The notes under the pieces are model-generated. The model ran no database searches. It had not been told where the DNA came from and saw only the letters and a program-made list of their open reading frames with translations. The translations under genes and the position numbers were made by a program. From NCBI RefSeq assembly GCF_021869535.1, contig NW_026262745.1:43462001-43526000 (forward strand): a stretch of DNA of 64,000 bases. Reading direction: 5' to 3'. This document shows, piece by piece, positions 23,955 through 37,270 of this stretch (the first letter of the stretch is position 1; the number at the start of each line of letters is the position of its first letter). This DNA is from Mytilus californianus (Eukaryota).

Positions 23955-24705
23955 TCAATTACTTAGACATCTCTCTTGATGACCTCTTGCAACTGTTAGC
24001 AACTTTTCAGCTGAAGCTTTGTCTGCTAATTTGGGTCCCTTTTGGAAAATCTTCTCGCCCAAGTGTTTGCAATAACTTTTGTTCCTTAGACCTTTATGTT
24101 TGCTTGATAGTAATCCCATTATAATATCTATCAACAATAAAAACTTCATTAATTTTTAACTGGTACATTAGTGGTTCATTTTGATTGTATGGGTCTATTT
24201 TTAAAGTCTTGATGCCTTTTTACCATTGTGTTTGCCTTTCAATAACTATAACTTAAGATGTCAGGGAATGGTCATTAAATGTATTATCTCCAAGTTCACC
24301 TTTACAATCTTTGGGATATAAAGTCTTTGAACTTAGGTTCCAAAATGTTCGTTCCATGCAAGCTGATCATGAACTGTTGTCTGAATTTATAGTGGTAAGT
24401 CTAAATCTTGAATAGTGTTATGTTGTTTGTGTGTTGTTTTTAGAGAATTCGATTCTATTTTTATTTCTTCAGGGGGAGTTGATAGATCATATGCATTTAG
24501 ATTTGTCCTCATATTTGACTAATTCTTTTTCCCCATTTTATATTCAGCGTCGTAACATTACTACATACAAAATCAATAATCATTGGTTTAATATTGTTAA
24601 AATTTGGTCAAGTTGATATTGATAATTGCACTGAACGTTCCATGGTTGGAGTACATTCACTTTGTAATTTGATTGGTTCGGACTGCTATTCCTGGTTTAT
24701 GACAT
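23955..24705 (-). pseudogene. Decayed ORF of unknown (probably TE-borne) protein
   Basis: Protein-like reading through several stops and frameshifts: CHKPGIAVRTNQITK*MYSNHGTFSAIIN ... HDQLAWNEHFGT*VQRLYIPK/CKGELGDNTFNDHSLTS*VIVIERQTQW ... NQNEPLMYQLKINEVF ... KVANSCKRSSREMSK*. Identity not established. Confidence 0.4.
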
Positions 24706-25924
24706 TAAATACATGAGTTTTCTTATATAATCCTCAAGACAACACATTGCTCGCAGTCCTTATGGCATTCGACCTAACATTGTATGGAAAATGTACGTAT
24801 TGTAACTTACTAATCCAAATATTGCTGTCGGTTGTTTTAATGTCGTTAGTATACTTTTTTAAAATGTGTCATAGTATTCAGAAAAAAGTAAAGTATTTAA
24901 GTATTCATACATCCATGCTGTTACTTTCATTTGCACAATGTATGAAAGCTTTTCAAACTTAAATATCGTCATTTATTTTATCACAACATTTCATTATCCA
25001 ACTTTTCAACCTAACCAAAAATCCGCTTTCACTCGCCAAATAATGCTTTATAGAATTGTATTTCATAAGTGTTTGAGAGTAGGGGCATAACATTAACACA
25101 ATTTCATTTGATTCAAATACACCAATAAAGAAAATAACTTAGAACTAAATATTATTATAATGTCATACCCAAAAAGGGCTTCCCAGTTTGAAATGACCAA
25201 ATATTTAAAAAAATGTGCAGTCTATTTAATATTCAATATTTGAATCTTATTTTTATTTATGTTTTTCGTACACTACTGCTTAATATTCCAATGAAAAATA
25301 TTTTAATCTTATTTCTATCATGCTTTATTTCGATTTTGAACTGTTTTTTTTTTTATTTTTCTTATTTTAAGAATTCATTTATTTGTGTTGTTGTTTGTTC
25401 GTTTTTATTTTTGCTTTGATTTCTTTTTGTCGGCGGACGGGGTTTATATTTTGTATGGTTGTTTCTTTTTGTATTTTGTTGCTTTGAGACGTCAGATAAT
25501 ATTTATGTACAATCAGCACATCATTGTTTGTATAAACCTAATGTTTATCGTTTTAATGAACGTTCTCATCCATAGAACTTTACTTTTTTGTTATTGCACT
25601 TGAATGACGATTTTTTTTGCCTATTTTTTTGAAAACTATAAATCCACAAGACAAGATCTTCAAACGAGTTTTGAAATTGCTGAAACTGTTGGTCGATTCT
25701 GTATAGATGTTGTTTCTATAAATGACAGTTTTTTCAATTTTGCTTTCTTGTCTATTATCTGAAAAACAATATATAAACATGGAAAGATCGAAATTTAAAT
25801 AGCAAAGAATGACCAGCAATCTCTACATAAGTAAACATGGCCAACATTGTTAATCATAATCTTTTATAAGTAATGGTCCTTCAAGACTATTTTTAGTTTG
25901 GCATAACAAATCAAAAGCTGGTGA

Positions 25925-26265
25925 TCTTTGATGATTTTTACAACCCGAAGGTATCACCAGCCAGTCGGCATTTTTGTGTTGACATTAGTTATCATTGATA
26001 TGATCTTTTCCTGTAAGTTTACTGTTTGTAAAAAGTTGAATTACTCGAAATAGTAAGGTGTTTCTACCCCTAGACATAGATTGCTTAGCTATATTTAGCA
26101 CAACTTCTCTGACTTTTTTGTTTTAATGCTCTTAAGCTATATATTTGATTTGGCGTTCCATTTAATTCTATTCGGGCGTCACTGGTAAGTCTTATGTCGA
26201 CGAAACGTTCGTCTAGCGTAACACATTAACAGCTTGGTATCTTTGATGAGATTACCAACTGTTTG
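25925..26265 (+). mobile_element. Penelope-like pLTR repeat with a degenerate hammerhead motif
   Basis: ctggtaa-gtc-ttatgtc-gac-gaaa at 26182-26205 (hammerhead core CTGATGA-stem II-GAAA with 2 substitutions). A weaker relative lies near 28225-28275. Confidence 0.5.
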
Positions 26266-29200
26266 CGTTTTTGCTTATTCTCTTGAAAACTATAATAGAT
26301 AGATAGAAATATTAAAAAAGCAAAAAAGATCAGCAAGACAGAATCTTCAATATACCAGGATGGCCAGTCAGCTCTAAATTGGAGTTATTGCCCTTTAATG
26401 GTGATAATATACCATTTTTGTATAAAAGCAAAATTGATCAGCAAGACAAGATCTACGTTTAAATAAACTTGCCCAAATCTTCAGTCGACACCTTTTAGAA
26501 CAGATGATAAATGTACCTCTGATTTTTTGGGTATTTCTTTTCAATGCTTCGATACTATACAAGTCAATAAAAAAAAACTATAAACGACTTCAGAAAGAAA
26601 ACATTAATTCAACATTACAAATAAATCATAACAAATATTTAGTTATAACAAAAATTATCACCAACAATTTGTCGGACACGATAAAACGCGCAAAATCTGA
26701 AAATGTAACAAAATTCAGACGGATAACAGTTCCAGTACGCAATGTCATTTACGGGATTTACATGTAGTTTAAATCGGTATGACTCTTTCATGACGCAACT
26801 AAGACTTCCTATCGTCGACGCATAGATCCATTCAGTCTCTTGATAAAGTGAATGATGATGATACATTATTACAGAGTAGCGATTTGCAATTGTTCAGACT
26901 GTTTTCGATGCATTAGGGAAATAAATACTAATGTCTTTAAGTTCATCCCACAATGCTCGAAAGGCGATAAAGCCGATTACAATGCTGGCCATGGAAGAAC
27001 ACGAATCTAATGAGTAAAAACATAAATTATATGTGGATCACGTTACACCAGGGTGTTGTCTTGCTGCTTAAACGTCTACTTCATAGTTGTAATTAACTTG
27101 CGGTTTGATCAGATATTTGCAGTTGTTAGTTAATGTGCAAGGTGTCCTTACCGCTGATAGGAGTCGATTACGGAGACAAATTAATCGTATATCATGCATG
27201 TACAGACGCTGTGACGTCTCCCATGGAATACCACTATGCGGAATATCGGTCGTACTTCCTGTCTGCTGAAACGACTCCCCAATCTAGTTATTGTCCTCCC
27301 GGTATGCGTTTAATTGATTCACAGCGTCGTCATGGAGCATCTCACACTGCTTCATACTCATACATGTAGCGCATTCGCTATCCCTTCCATATAACTGTGG
27401 TGTCGTATTATCAATGTCTTTCGAAGGTTTTAGAAATAGCAAAATGTTTTTACATGACACCGTATACAAAATAACCTAATATGGTTTAAACAACTGTTTG
27501 TTATAGGGTGCATTCGATGATCCGGTGTTATTGACAATTCCATGATCGCGACGTTAGGTAAAAAGTATATGAAATTTGAATTATTGGTTTAAGAGAATTT
27601 CCATAAATAAACGATAAAACAATTTCTGATTAAACAGGAAAAAAATATCAAAAAAAATATAATCGTGCATCGTTCTTTTGTAGACTATCATGAAAATGAT
27701 ATATTTGGCTCATATTAATAATTTTCAGTTTTTTGTTTAATTTATTTTTTTCATTTTTACTAAAGTATATATTACAGGTCTTTCCGCTACCAAAATATAT
27801 GCCTGATTTTGGTCCTTCATACAAGTTATTTTACGAGCTGAATAAATCACGCAAGATGTTGAAATTGTTGTTATCTCTAAATCAACCATTGGTTTTAGCA
27901 TTTGCTAGAAGCGACTTTCTAGTCTTCTAGTTTCACCCCAAACCTCTGAAGATAATATATTTTTTACGTTGAAATCATTACTTTTAATCATATGCATGAT
28001 ATAAATACAGACGTCTGATAACAAGAAAAAGACCTTGATTCTAATTCCGGAAAGGAATTTTTATAATGTATTGATACCACTACTGCACTACAAAGATAAC
28101 CGTATTTTAAAAATGTTTAGTAGGTCGTGATGATATGTTATGTAGATACACCTTGGCTTGTCTAAATGTAATACTCAGAAATTTAGTACAAAATGGTGTC
28201 ATTTAGCTTTTTTTAACTTTTTTGATTCGAGCGGCAATGAGCCTTTTGCATGTTTTGTAGTCGAAACGCGCATTTGACTTAATAAATGTTAATGATATCT
28301 ATGATCAGTTTATTAATACGCGGATTAAAAGTTTTTAACTACATGACTATGGATAAAAAAATTCAGATACCATACAGTGGGAAATCAAGTCTAAAAAAAA
28401 TTACCCTCCTCTTTCAAATACTGAGAAATACAAATGTGCAATGTTTAATACATTCTCTGCGAGGTCGCTAATTAAAATAAGTTCACAAGAAAACGAAACC
28501 TTTGATAAATAGTAATGATGAATTAAATATTAAACAAAATCAGAATTACATGTACCATGTCATGGTATAATTTCCTACTTATTATGGCAATGCATCAGGC
28601 TATGGAAATATTGTATAAAATTGCTTTGAAATGTTGCTATGGGAATACATTTGTATTATTAAAAATGAATAATGACGGTATTTTGTCACCGAGGTTATCA
28701 TCAGTTCAATAGTTAGTTCGTAGGCACTGACATTCTTTATAAATTTTCCGTTGATAACTTTAGAAATTATAGATAAACTAACTTAAGGTTAACTAGCACA
28801 GGAAAAGTTGACTTAGATGGATTTGGTTATTATCTAAGGTCCGTTTTGGTCGTAAAGCTCTTCACATGTTTCGGTACTTGTACATCCTTGGCTCTGAAAT
28901 ATGTTGTTTTAAGCATTCCTGAAAAGTAAATCCAGACTAGCCAAATAGAAGGCCGTACTTTCACCTATAATGGTTTACTTTTACAAATTGTAACTTGGAT
29001 GGTGAATTGTCTCATTGGCACTCATACCACATACCATCTTCTTATATCTTTACAGTCAGTCGTAAACATAAAATTCATGAAGTGTTATTTTCATTTCCTT
29101 AATATCAACCTTAATGTATTTTTCTTTTGGCTTTATATGTTACTAAAACGCAAAAGTCCAGAGAGATTCAGAACAAATATCAACAAAATCTATTGATATG

Positions 29201-29286
29201 CACCAAAGATTAATTCTTTCGAATGAAAGCCCCTAGATAGGCTGTAGGCCCATTAACAAAAAACTTGTTCTGAAGAAAACATTTAA

Positions 29287-29506
29287 CGGGTGCCACATGT
29301 GGAGCAAGATCTGCTTACCCTTTCGGAGCACCTGAGATCACCCCCAGTTTTTGGTGGGGTTCGTGTTGCTTAGACTTTAGTTTTCTATGTTGTGTCATCT
29401 GTACTATTATTTGTCTGTTTGTCTTTTTATTTTGGCCATGGCGTTGTCGGTTTGTTTTCGATCTATATGAGTTTGAATTTCCCTCTGGTATCTTTCGTCC
29501 CTCTTT
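29287..29506 (+). mobile_element. 3' end of a non-autonomous Penelope-like repeat
   Basis: ggtgccacatgtggagc...cacctgagatcacccccagtttttggtggggttcgtgttgc...ggtatctttcgtccctc. The same tail follows Naiad RT codons at 41470-41688 and recurs at 44810-45027 and 51390-51557. Confidence 0.75.
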
Positions 29507-30889
29507 TTTAACGCTTATACACCGAGAAGATTACAAATTTATGTACAAAAATCAACGGCCTACTCTGATAAAAAGTAAAAACTTTTTAACGAATAATTAT
29601 TTTTGTTTTCCTAAACAGAATTTTCGTTTAAATCGCTATATTTACACAAAGACAATATTTGTGTATTGAAAGTACCTGTACAAATGCACAGACCACATTT
29701 TTCGATAACTTGATGTTGAAGTTAAACCAAACTTTGAACAAAATTACCATGCTAAGGATTATGTGGACACTCTATAGAATTGTTGTTTGAAAACATTTTA
29801 GCTTTTGTTTGTACATGATGTTTTTCTTTCTTTTTTAATTAATATACGGCAAAGATTTACATTTGCTTTGATATGAGAGTAACAAGCTTATAATGCAATT
29901 ATCAACAATGAAAAGGAAAGGAAAGGAAATAGACATATATACATAGTTTAACAGAATGTTATTTATCTATAGTGAGTTATTTCCTAACTAAAAATGGTCT
30001 CTCTACTGAAGAAACAACCTAGACGATACCCACTTTTAATAAAATATACTTAAAGGCATAAAATAATGCAATGTCATTTTTTAACATTATTAAAAGTTTG
30101 TTAAAACATTCAGTTCAATTGATAGTAATTGGGTGTTCTTGCCAGTTTGGGTTTTTTTGTACAATTTCAGACCTGTTTAATTTATTACTAGTATATTTGA
30201 TAATTTCGGAACTTAAAGTAGTATATTCTGCACATACATGTATGCTTCGTTAGGAAAGCATGAACCCCTGTCATCCACCAAAATCGCTTAGATTTTGACA
30301 GCATTTTAAAATGTGTTCTCTGCAAAAATATATTTGAGATAGAAACTGCTGACATTTAGTAATATTATCATATCTGGTAACTCTTACGTACTTTTTGTTC
30401 GTGATTCGTTGGATAACGGCATGATTAAGTAACGTGATTCTGACTGAAAAATAATAGCAAATGAACAAATTAAGATTGTTTTCAACATTAAAGTATGAAG
30501 GTAAACATCGCCTTGTTATTATTTCATGTATCCACATGAAGTTATAGATTCAAGCAAAGAAAGATTTTTAACATTGTAAATCATATTCAAAATCGCAAAG
30601 CTACAATAACCACTCAGTTCGATAAGAACAAAAACAACTTGGAATATAAACACTGAAATTATACATTTTGTAGGCAGTGAATATTTTGATTTTTGCTGTT
30701 AACGAATATGATTTGAGAAAAAAAGTGAACGTTATTTATTAACATTACAGTTACGAAATTTGCAATTGTGGACAATGGGAGGCAACTACCATTTTACAAA
30801 GCATTGGAATTTTAAGATGTCTTTTCCTTACAAAGAATGATTTATAGACAGGTCGTCAATATGTTCGACTTAACACCTTTCGTAGGTTC

Positions 30890-31495
30890 CTTTATTTCTA
30901 TAGTAAAAGATGATCTTTAGAAATTCTGTGATGGGGTATTTTCAACCTTCGGTATCAATAAGATATGGAGTCTTAAAAATTCTAAAGATCAACTGCAAAA
31001 TCGACAATTTTTACAATTTTGCAGTAATATGAAAACTATTGATTTTTCTACATTTTACGTTACTATTCCCCATGCTTTATTGAAAGATCGAATACAACGT
31101 TTTATTTAACAGAGCTTTTTCTTTACAAAATTGGAATTGTATATACAAATGTTCAAAGTCATTAAAATCTTACTTTTTGAAGAACCACACTGATTCCAAA
31201 AGCTAATACACCGAGGATGACATCATCAACACACATGACACACTGCACGTTGTGAACGGCAGCATATTAGTTGAGATTAATTACTTTATATTTCAATAGA
31301 TAGTCGGTGCTCTAATGGGTTCCTATTTCTAACCCTACTGGCCGAGTTGTCTTTGTACGAATATGAAGCAGAATTCAAACAGAATTTTCTCAAAAAGAAA
31401 AAGAAAAAGAAGAAATCTTGCAATGTTCTTTAATTTCGCTCTCAGATATATTTACGATGCTCTGTCACTTAATAACACAATTCAGTAAGTGCTTG
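30890..31495 (+). mobile_element. Degenerate Naiad-type PLE RT fragment
   Basis: FCDGVFSTFGINKIWSLKNSKD...MKTIDFSTFYVTIPHALLKDRI ... YTEDDIIN ... FQ.IVGALMG ... PLLAELSLYEYEAEF, read across frameshifts. Confidence 0.7.
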
Positions 31496-32020
31496 CATCT
31501 TTTCACACTTTAATGTTGATTTTTTTTACATTTGCTATTATTTTTCAGTCAGAATCACATAACTAAATTATGCTGTAATCTTAACAAATCATGTTAAAAA
31601 AAAATGTACTTAGAACTCCCAGATATGATTGATACAGTGGAAACTTTTGTAACCTCGTAGGTAATATATTTAAAGAGAAACATTGTTAATTATTTTTATT
31701 GCTACCTTTGTCGCATTGTATTGTTATATGGATTGTGCCCCAAAGGTTGTTATGTCCTTTTTAATCGAAATGCTGTATGCTTCAATAGGACAGCAATTTA
31801 GGCAACACTATCAAATAAAAAAAGACATATAAAAACAACATACGTTCTTCTGTTCAGTTCTTCTGACCTGTCACGTTCTCGTTCGTGCATTGTCTTCTGG
31901 AGTTTGATTTTATTTTATTCCAGTCGATATATAGTTAATTAAGTATTTAATCGACCTGAGTTTCTTTTTTTTATAACAAAATAATCCCTAATTCTAATTA
32001 TTATGCTTCTCCTTTTTACA

Positions 32021-32290
32021 CGTGGCATCTATGGTTGAGTGGTCTTAGAAGTCAAACTACTGAATCACTAGACAGTTAAACATGAAGTTGTCAGTTCGAA
32101 TCCCGCACGTGGCAGGTGTGATCGACTCCAATCTAAATTGACTAGGATTGTCAGTTTTCCTACCAAAGTTCGGTGGTTCTCTCCGGGCACTCTGGCTTCC
32201 TCCGCCAATGAAAACTGACCGCCACGAAATAGCACCATAGTGCTGAAAATGGCGTTAAACACCAATCAATCAATCAAATAATCAATCTCC
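32021..32290 (+). mobile_element. Full-length tRNA-derived SINE (Meta/RUDI-like) with (AATC)n tail
   Basis: A box ggttgagtggt, B box agttcgaatcc, conserved body ctccgggcactctggcttcctcc...actgaccgccacgaaatagc, and tail caatcaatcaatcaaataatcaatc. Confidence 0.8.
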
Positions 32291-33534
32291 TTATTACAGA
32301 TTCATAACTTTAACTTTCTTTCAAATTCACACCTTTAAGTCAGTATCAATTCAAACGAATTCTTTTCCCTTATCCCGTATTTATATTAAATATCGCATGT
32401 ACCTTTTCTATGACAATGCATTTATCAGATGCCTTAGTCAGACAAATTTGTATAGAATCTAATACTTTCAATTTACCAATATTTGACTGGGGGACACATG
32501 CGCCATGCTGATCATGAAGTCAGAATTTCAAATGTGTTTATTTATTTATTCATTAATTAATGAAATATGTCATATTTAATTTATCTTTAGTGTATTTTTG
32601 AAATAAATGAAATGTTTAAAGTTTTATGATTTAAGACTAATCTAAAAGTGAATTTAACATACTTATTGTTATGTCATCACTCACATTATAACTACAAAAT
32701 AGATAAACACATATATTCAGAGTTGTTAAACTTAATACGGTTGGTGATCAGGAAGTTCCAACACCAATGGTGCCTACGTGCTTAAACTTGATTGCCTTGA
32801 CACAGTTCGTGCATATCAATGACATAAATTTATTTTAGTAAATTTCTCCCTTGATAAAGATGTCACAACCATAAACTAATAATTGTTATATAATTTGCAT
32901 ACCTACAAAAGTATTTTTCATTTATTATACTTAAATTTATACTATATACTAGGTATTATTTTAGAAGGTGTGCTCGATTAAGGATTGTTCCGTGTTGTTT
33001 TATTTAACGGGAATGTTTCGGAGTCCAAATACAAAAGACATTTCGGGCAAAATATCTTATATCCATTGAATAACATTAACTGATAGTATTTTATCTATTT
33101 TACTGATAAACAATTTATAGGGGTCACCGAATTTGTTTTACTGCATAAATCATTGAAATGAATGTGTTAGGAAAGAAACATAGAACAACATAAGATAATA
33201 AGATTTCGATGACAGACGCTGATCCAGGATTTTAAAAGAGGTTGGGGCTAGGCAATGTTAGGAGTAGAAAATGTAAAATTATATGCATTAGCCATACATT
33301 AAGCTCTACATAGACCCCCTACCCCTAAATCCGCCTTTGGATGCGCTATGCAGTCAAAAAGGCACGCTATTTTTTCCTTTTCGATGTTTAATTCCCAATG
33401 CAGTGTAGAAGATCACGAGTTTGCGCAACGCTAAAATATAAGTATAAACATGATACAGGGCCATATATATACTTGTTCGTTGCATATGTTGTTTGTATAT
33501 GCATATCTATGACGAGAACCCGATTTTGTATTAC

Positions 33535-33725
33535 ACCTCAGGAAGATATGTCACTCTACCGGACACATGATTCTGACTCCGGAACGACAAATCTTAGCTC
33601 TTACTCCTAAATATTGCGTGCTTGACAGAGAGGCATTCAATCTTTGATTTGAACCGGATGACGATCGAGCCCAAGACCTCCTGCACTCTAACAGAAGCGT
33701 AGCTTCCGTTGACGCTATGAGGCAA
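33535..33725 (-). mobile_element. Degenerate tRNA-derived SINE (second family)
   Basis: The minus strand has a B-box-like gggctcgatcgtc and the body gagtaagagctaagatttgtcgttccggagtcagaatcatgtgtccggtagagtgacatatc. Confidence 0.45.
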
Positions 33726-33949
33726 CCGCCTTACCAACTTTTTGACCATTAAACAAATAGAGATAAAGAGAAAATATACCGTGTATTTTATAGTATATAT
33801 TGAAAAATATTTTGCGATACTAATTTACCATTAACCTCCACTCCTCATTGGCATTGATGTCTTTTAACCAAGTTGAGGCTTTAACTGCCAAGATTCAAAT
33901 TTTTTGCTTCACTAGAAATAAAATTCAAGTTACGGTTCCGTCAATAGGT

Positions 33950-34375
33950 AGATAGTTGGTTGTTTAACGTCCAGTGGTAAATATTTAAAGCATATTCAGG
34001 ACGAGAACAAATCATCAATAAATATAATAGGTAGGTCCTCTGATAAGAGGCCGTCCGAGTTGAAGATCAGGGAAATTCGGACTGCCACTGGAAAATGAGA
34101 GTATATTGGATAGAGATAGAAATTTGGACTTGCAACATGTCTCCTACAAACCCCTGAAAGATTTGTTTAAAGGTTCTTAACGTGCAGAGAGCGTGGCATT
34201 ATCTCTACAATAGGCATCGGATTTAACGTCTTCATTATGACCTGACGTGACTGCGTACTTGTACATCTCGCACGGCCAAATGGATGCCCCACTTTCAGGT
34301 AATTGTTTTACTGTCGGTTTGAAAGTGACCAGGAGTGACCATATTTCTATTCCCCAGTAAACATTGGGGCACTAC
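33950..34375 (-). mobile_element. Nin/Deu-domain-like SINE
   Basis: Contains gcacgttaagaacc (Nin/Deu-type core) and ends gccactggacgttaaacaacc; homologous to 60630-61050 and 61790-62080. Confidence 0.6.
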
Positions 34376-35166
34376 TGTCGAGTGGCCCTTCACATTATCA
34401 CATTTCAATGTTCAGTGCACCACATAATCCGGGTAAAACTATAATTTGGTATATAATTTTATTTTGAACGGAAAGAAAGAACGAACGGACGCACAGATCA
34501 GTAAATATAATATTCCCTTGCTATCATAAGTTGGTCATTAAACTAAAATGATCATCCTACATAACTAAACTGCAATCAAATATTCCGTACGTATTTGCAT
34601 AAGTTAGAACGCCAAACATTTCATAATAAAATTGTGATGAATGCCGTTAAATCACTCATACATTTGCACAAACTCATCCTAGAATCCATACGTTATTATA
34701 ATTAAAGACAAGAAGTAAAAAAATAACTGATTAAAGTAAAGTGTAATCATATTTTTCCTTGAAGATGCATCCTCATCAATTCCATTTGATAAAATTTTAC
34801 GGAAAGGTGAAAAAGTACTATCAGAGATCTGATTTTCTACCGTTAACAAAAGTATCTTCAAATAAATGATAGACGTATGCTATAAAAAACCAAGGCAAGA
34901 GGTAAGTCGTGTACACATGTTACATTTCGTCGTGTTTGAAACTCTCTCGCTTCAGATTTCATTAATTCTATTTTTTCAAACTTAATTTTGATTTAAAAAA
35001 TTCACCCTTTGAGGAATAAATATATGGGTCAAGTGAAATGATGAAGTAATGATTGGTTCATTTGACTACCGGTAACTGAATTAATTATTTCCTTAAAAGA
35101 TGGTTGTCAATAAAATAATCCCGAATTTAATAAATAAAATATGTAAAGAATTAAAAAAGCAGATTG

Positions 35167-37270
35167 TAAAATTGAGAATGGAAATGGGGAATGTGTCTAA
35201 GAGACAACAACCCGACCATAGAGCAGACAACAGCCGGAGGCTACCAATGGGTCTTCAATGTAGCGAGAAACTCCCGCACCCGAAGGCGTCCTTCAGCTGG
35301 CTCTTAAACAAATATGTATTTTTCATTTTTTAGTAGCAACAAACAAATGAACTATGTCAATTGGACATGCTTTTATACTAATAGTATATCCGCCCTTGAA
35401 TTTTTACTTGATAACATTTTTGTTCGCTTTGGAGATTCCGTATATCGTCAAGTTATCGGAATTCCAATGAGGACTAACTGTACACCACTTATTGCGGACC
35501 TGTTTTTGTATTGTTATGAGTTACAATTTATGACTAAAATCAGCAAAGACCCATCGAAACAACATCTGATACAAAAAATTAACAATACTTTTAGATATTT
35601 GGATGATATATTGGCTCTCAATAATGACGACTTCAGTATGTTTACTAAAGAAATTTATCCTGTTGAACTTACTTTAAATAAAGCTAATACTAACAATGAC
35701 CACTGTCCTTTCCTCGATCTTGATATCTATATCATTAACGGGAAGCTTAATACAAAAATTTATGATAAAAGAGATTATTTTTCATTTCCTATCGTTAATT
35801 ATCCATTTTTAGATGGTGACGTTCCCTTGTCACCATCTTATGGTGTTTATATATCTCAACTTGTACGATTCGCTCGTGTATGTAACAACGTATTAGATTT
35901 TAGCGCGAGAAATTTATGTATTACTGAAAAATTATTACACCAGGGTTTTCTATATCATAAACTAGTCAAAACATTTACTAAATTTTATCATCGGTATAAG
36001 GACATCACTCGTAAATATAACTCAACATGCAGATATCTTATACGTTCGGGTATTTCACATCCAATCTTTTATGGTAATATTCTTTACAAAGCACAAAAAT
36101 GTCAGTATTCACCTCAAAAGCTAACAAAACCTTTAAACAGACTTATTAAGAAGGGATATAGTTACGATACTGTTGTCAGGTCATTAAAGATTGCATATTT
36201 TGGCTTTAATATTAATTCACTTATAGGGTCTTTGCATCGGAATTAAACACATTTATTCTAAAACAAGTTGTTGGCATGACACGGGTTATGTTCTTCTCAT
36301 ATATTTTATGGCGGTATAATACTGAACCCCTAACAGGAGGGATTGTGCCTGATATTCATATGATGAAGACATAATCTTTTAATCAGTTTAATTGAGGTCT
36401 GGAGCTGGCATGTCAGTAACTGCTAGTAGTCTGTTGTTATTTATTTATTTATTATTGTCATTTTGTTTATTTTCTTTTGTTTCCTATTCTGATATCGGAC
36501 TCGGACTTCTCTTATACTGAGTTTTACTGTACGTACTGTTGTGCGTTTGTTTTTTCTACATTGGCTAGAGGTATAGGGGGAGGGTTGAGATCTCAAAAAA
36601 CATGTTTAACCCCACCGCATTTTTGCGCCTGTCCCAAGTCAGGAGCCTCTGGCCTTTGCTAGTCTTCTATCATTTTTAAATTTAGTTTCCTGTGTATAAT
36701 GTGGAGTTTAGTATGACGTCCATTATCACTGAACTAGTATACATATTTGTTTAAGGGCCAGCTGAAGGACGCCTTCGGGTGCGGGAGTTTCTCGCTGCAT
36801 TGAAGACCCATTGGTGGCCTTCGGCTCTATGGTCGGGTTGTTGACTCTTTGACACATTCCCCATTTCCATTCTCAATTTTATGTATACTAGTTCAGTGAT
36901 AATGGACGTCATACTAAACTCCAAATTATACACAGGAAACTAAAATTAAAAATGATACAAGACTAACAAAGGCCAGAGACTCCTGACTTGGGACAGGCGC
37001 AAAAATGCTGCGGGGTTAAACATGTTTTTTAAGATCTCAATCCTCCCCCTATACCTCTAGCCAATGTAGAAAAAACAAACGCACAACAATACGTACAGTA
37101 AAATTCAGTATAAGAGAAGTCCGAGTCCGATTGTCAGAATAGGAAACAAAAGAAAATAAACAAAATGACAAAAATACATAAATAACAACAGACTACTAGC
37201 AGTTACTGACATGCCAGCTTCAGACCTTAATTAAACTGATTAAAAGATTATGTTTTCATCATATGAATAT
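35167..37270 (+). mobile_element. 5'-truncated Naiad-type Penelope-like retroelement with inverted pLTR segments on both sides
   Basis: RT C-terminal ORF plus 3' UTR ending ccatttccattctcaattttat (36882). 35167-35319 is the reverse complement of about 36739-36882, and 36880-37270 is the reverse complement of 36352-36745. Confidence 0.85.
35314..36246 (+). CDS. PLE (Naiad) reverse transcriptase, C-terminal half; probably inactive
   Basis: YRQVIGIPMRTNCTPLIADLFLY, FRYLDD, FLDL, IYDKRD, SYGVYISQLVRFARVC. No C-terminal GIY-YIG, consistent with the N-terminal-EN Naiad clade. 5'-truncated, and the conserved GIPMG is changed to GIPMR. Confidence 0.85.
   Translation: MYFSFFSSNKQMNYVNWTCFYTNSISALEFLLDNIFVRFGDSVYRQVIGIPMRTNCTPLIADLFLYCYELQFMTKISKDPSKQHLIQKINNTFRYLDDILALNNDDFSMFTKEIYPVELTLNKANTNNDHCPFLDLDIYIINGKLNTKIYDKRDYFSFPIVNYPFLDGDVPLSPSYGVYISQLVRFARVCNNVLDFSARNLCITEKLLHQGFLYHKLVKTFTKFYHRYKDITRKYNSTCRYLIRSGISHPIFYGNILYKAQKCQYSPQKLTKPLNRLIKKGYSYDTVVRSLKIAYFGFNINSLIGSLHRN

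Noticed and set aside
26504-27469. GC-balanced region with several short ORFs on both strands
   Set aside because: All frames I translated contain stops and I recognised no domain; it might be a decayed TE or gene, but I cannot support a call.
34881-34888. TATA box for the UGT
   Set aside because: TATAAAAA lies only 13 nt before the GTAAGT donor, too close for a TSS to fall in the exon; AT-rich background makes the match uninformative.
35314-36246. Selenocysteine-recoding Naiad
   Set aside because: Some bivalve Naiads use in-frame TGA, but this fragment has none in its ORF, and the stops in other fragments are mixed TAA/TAG/TGA decay.
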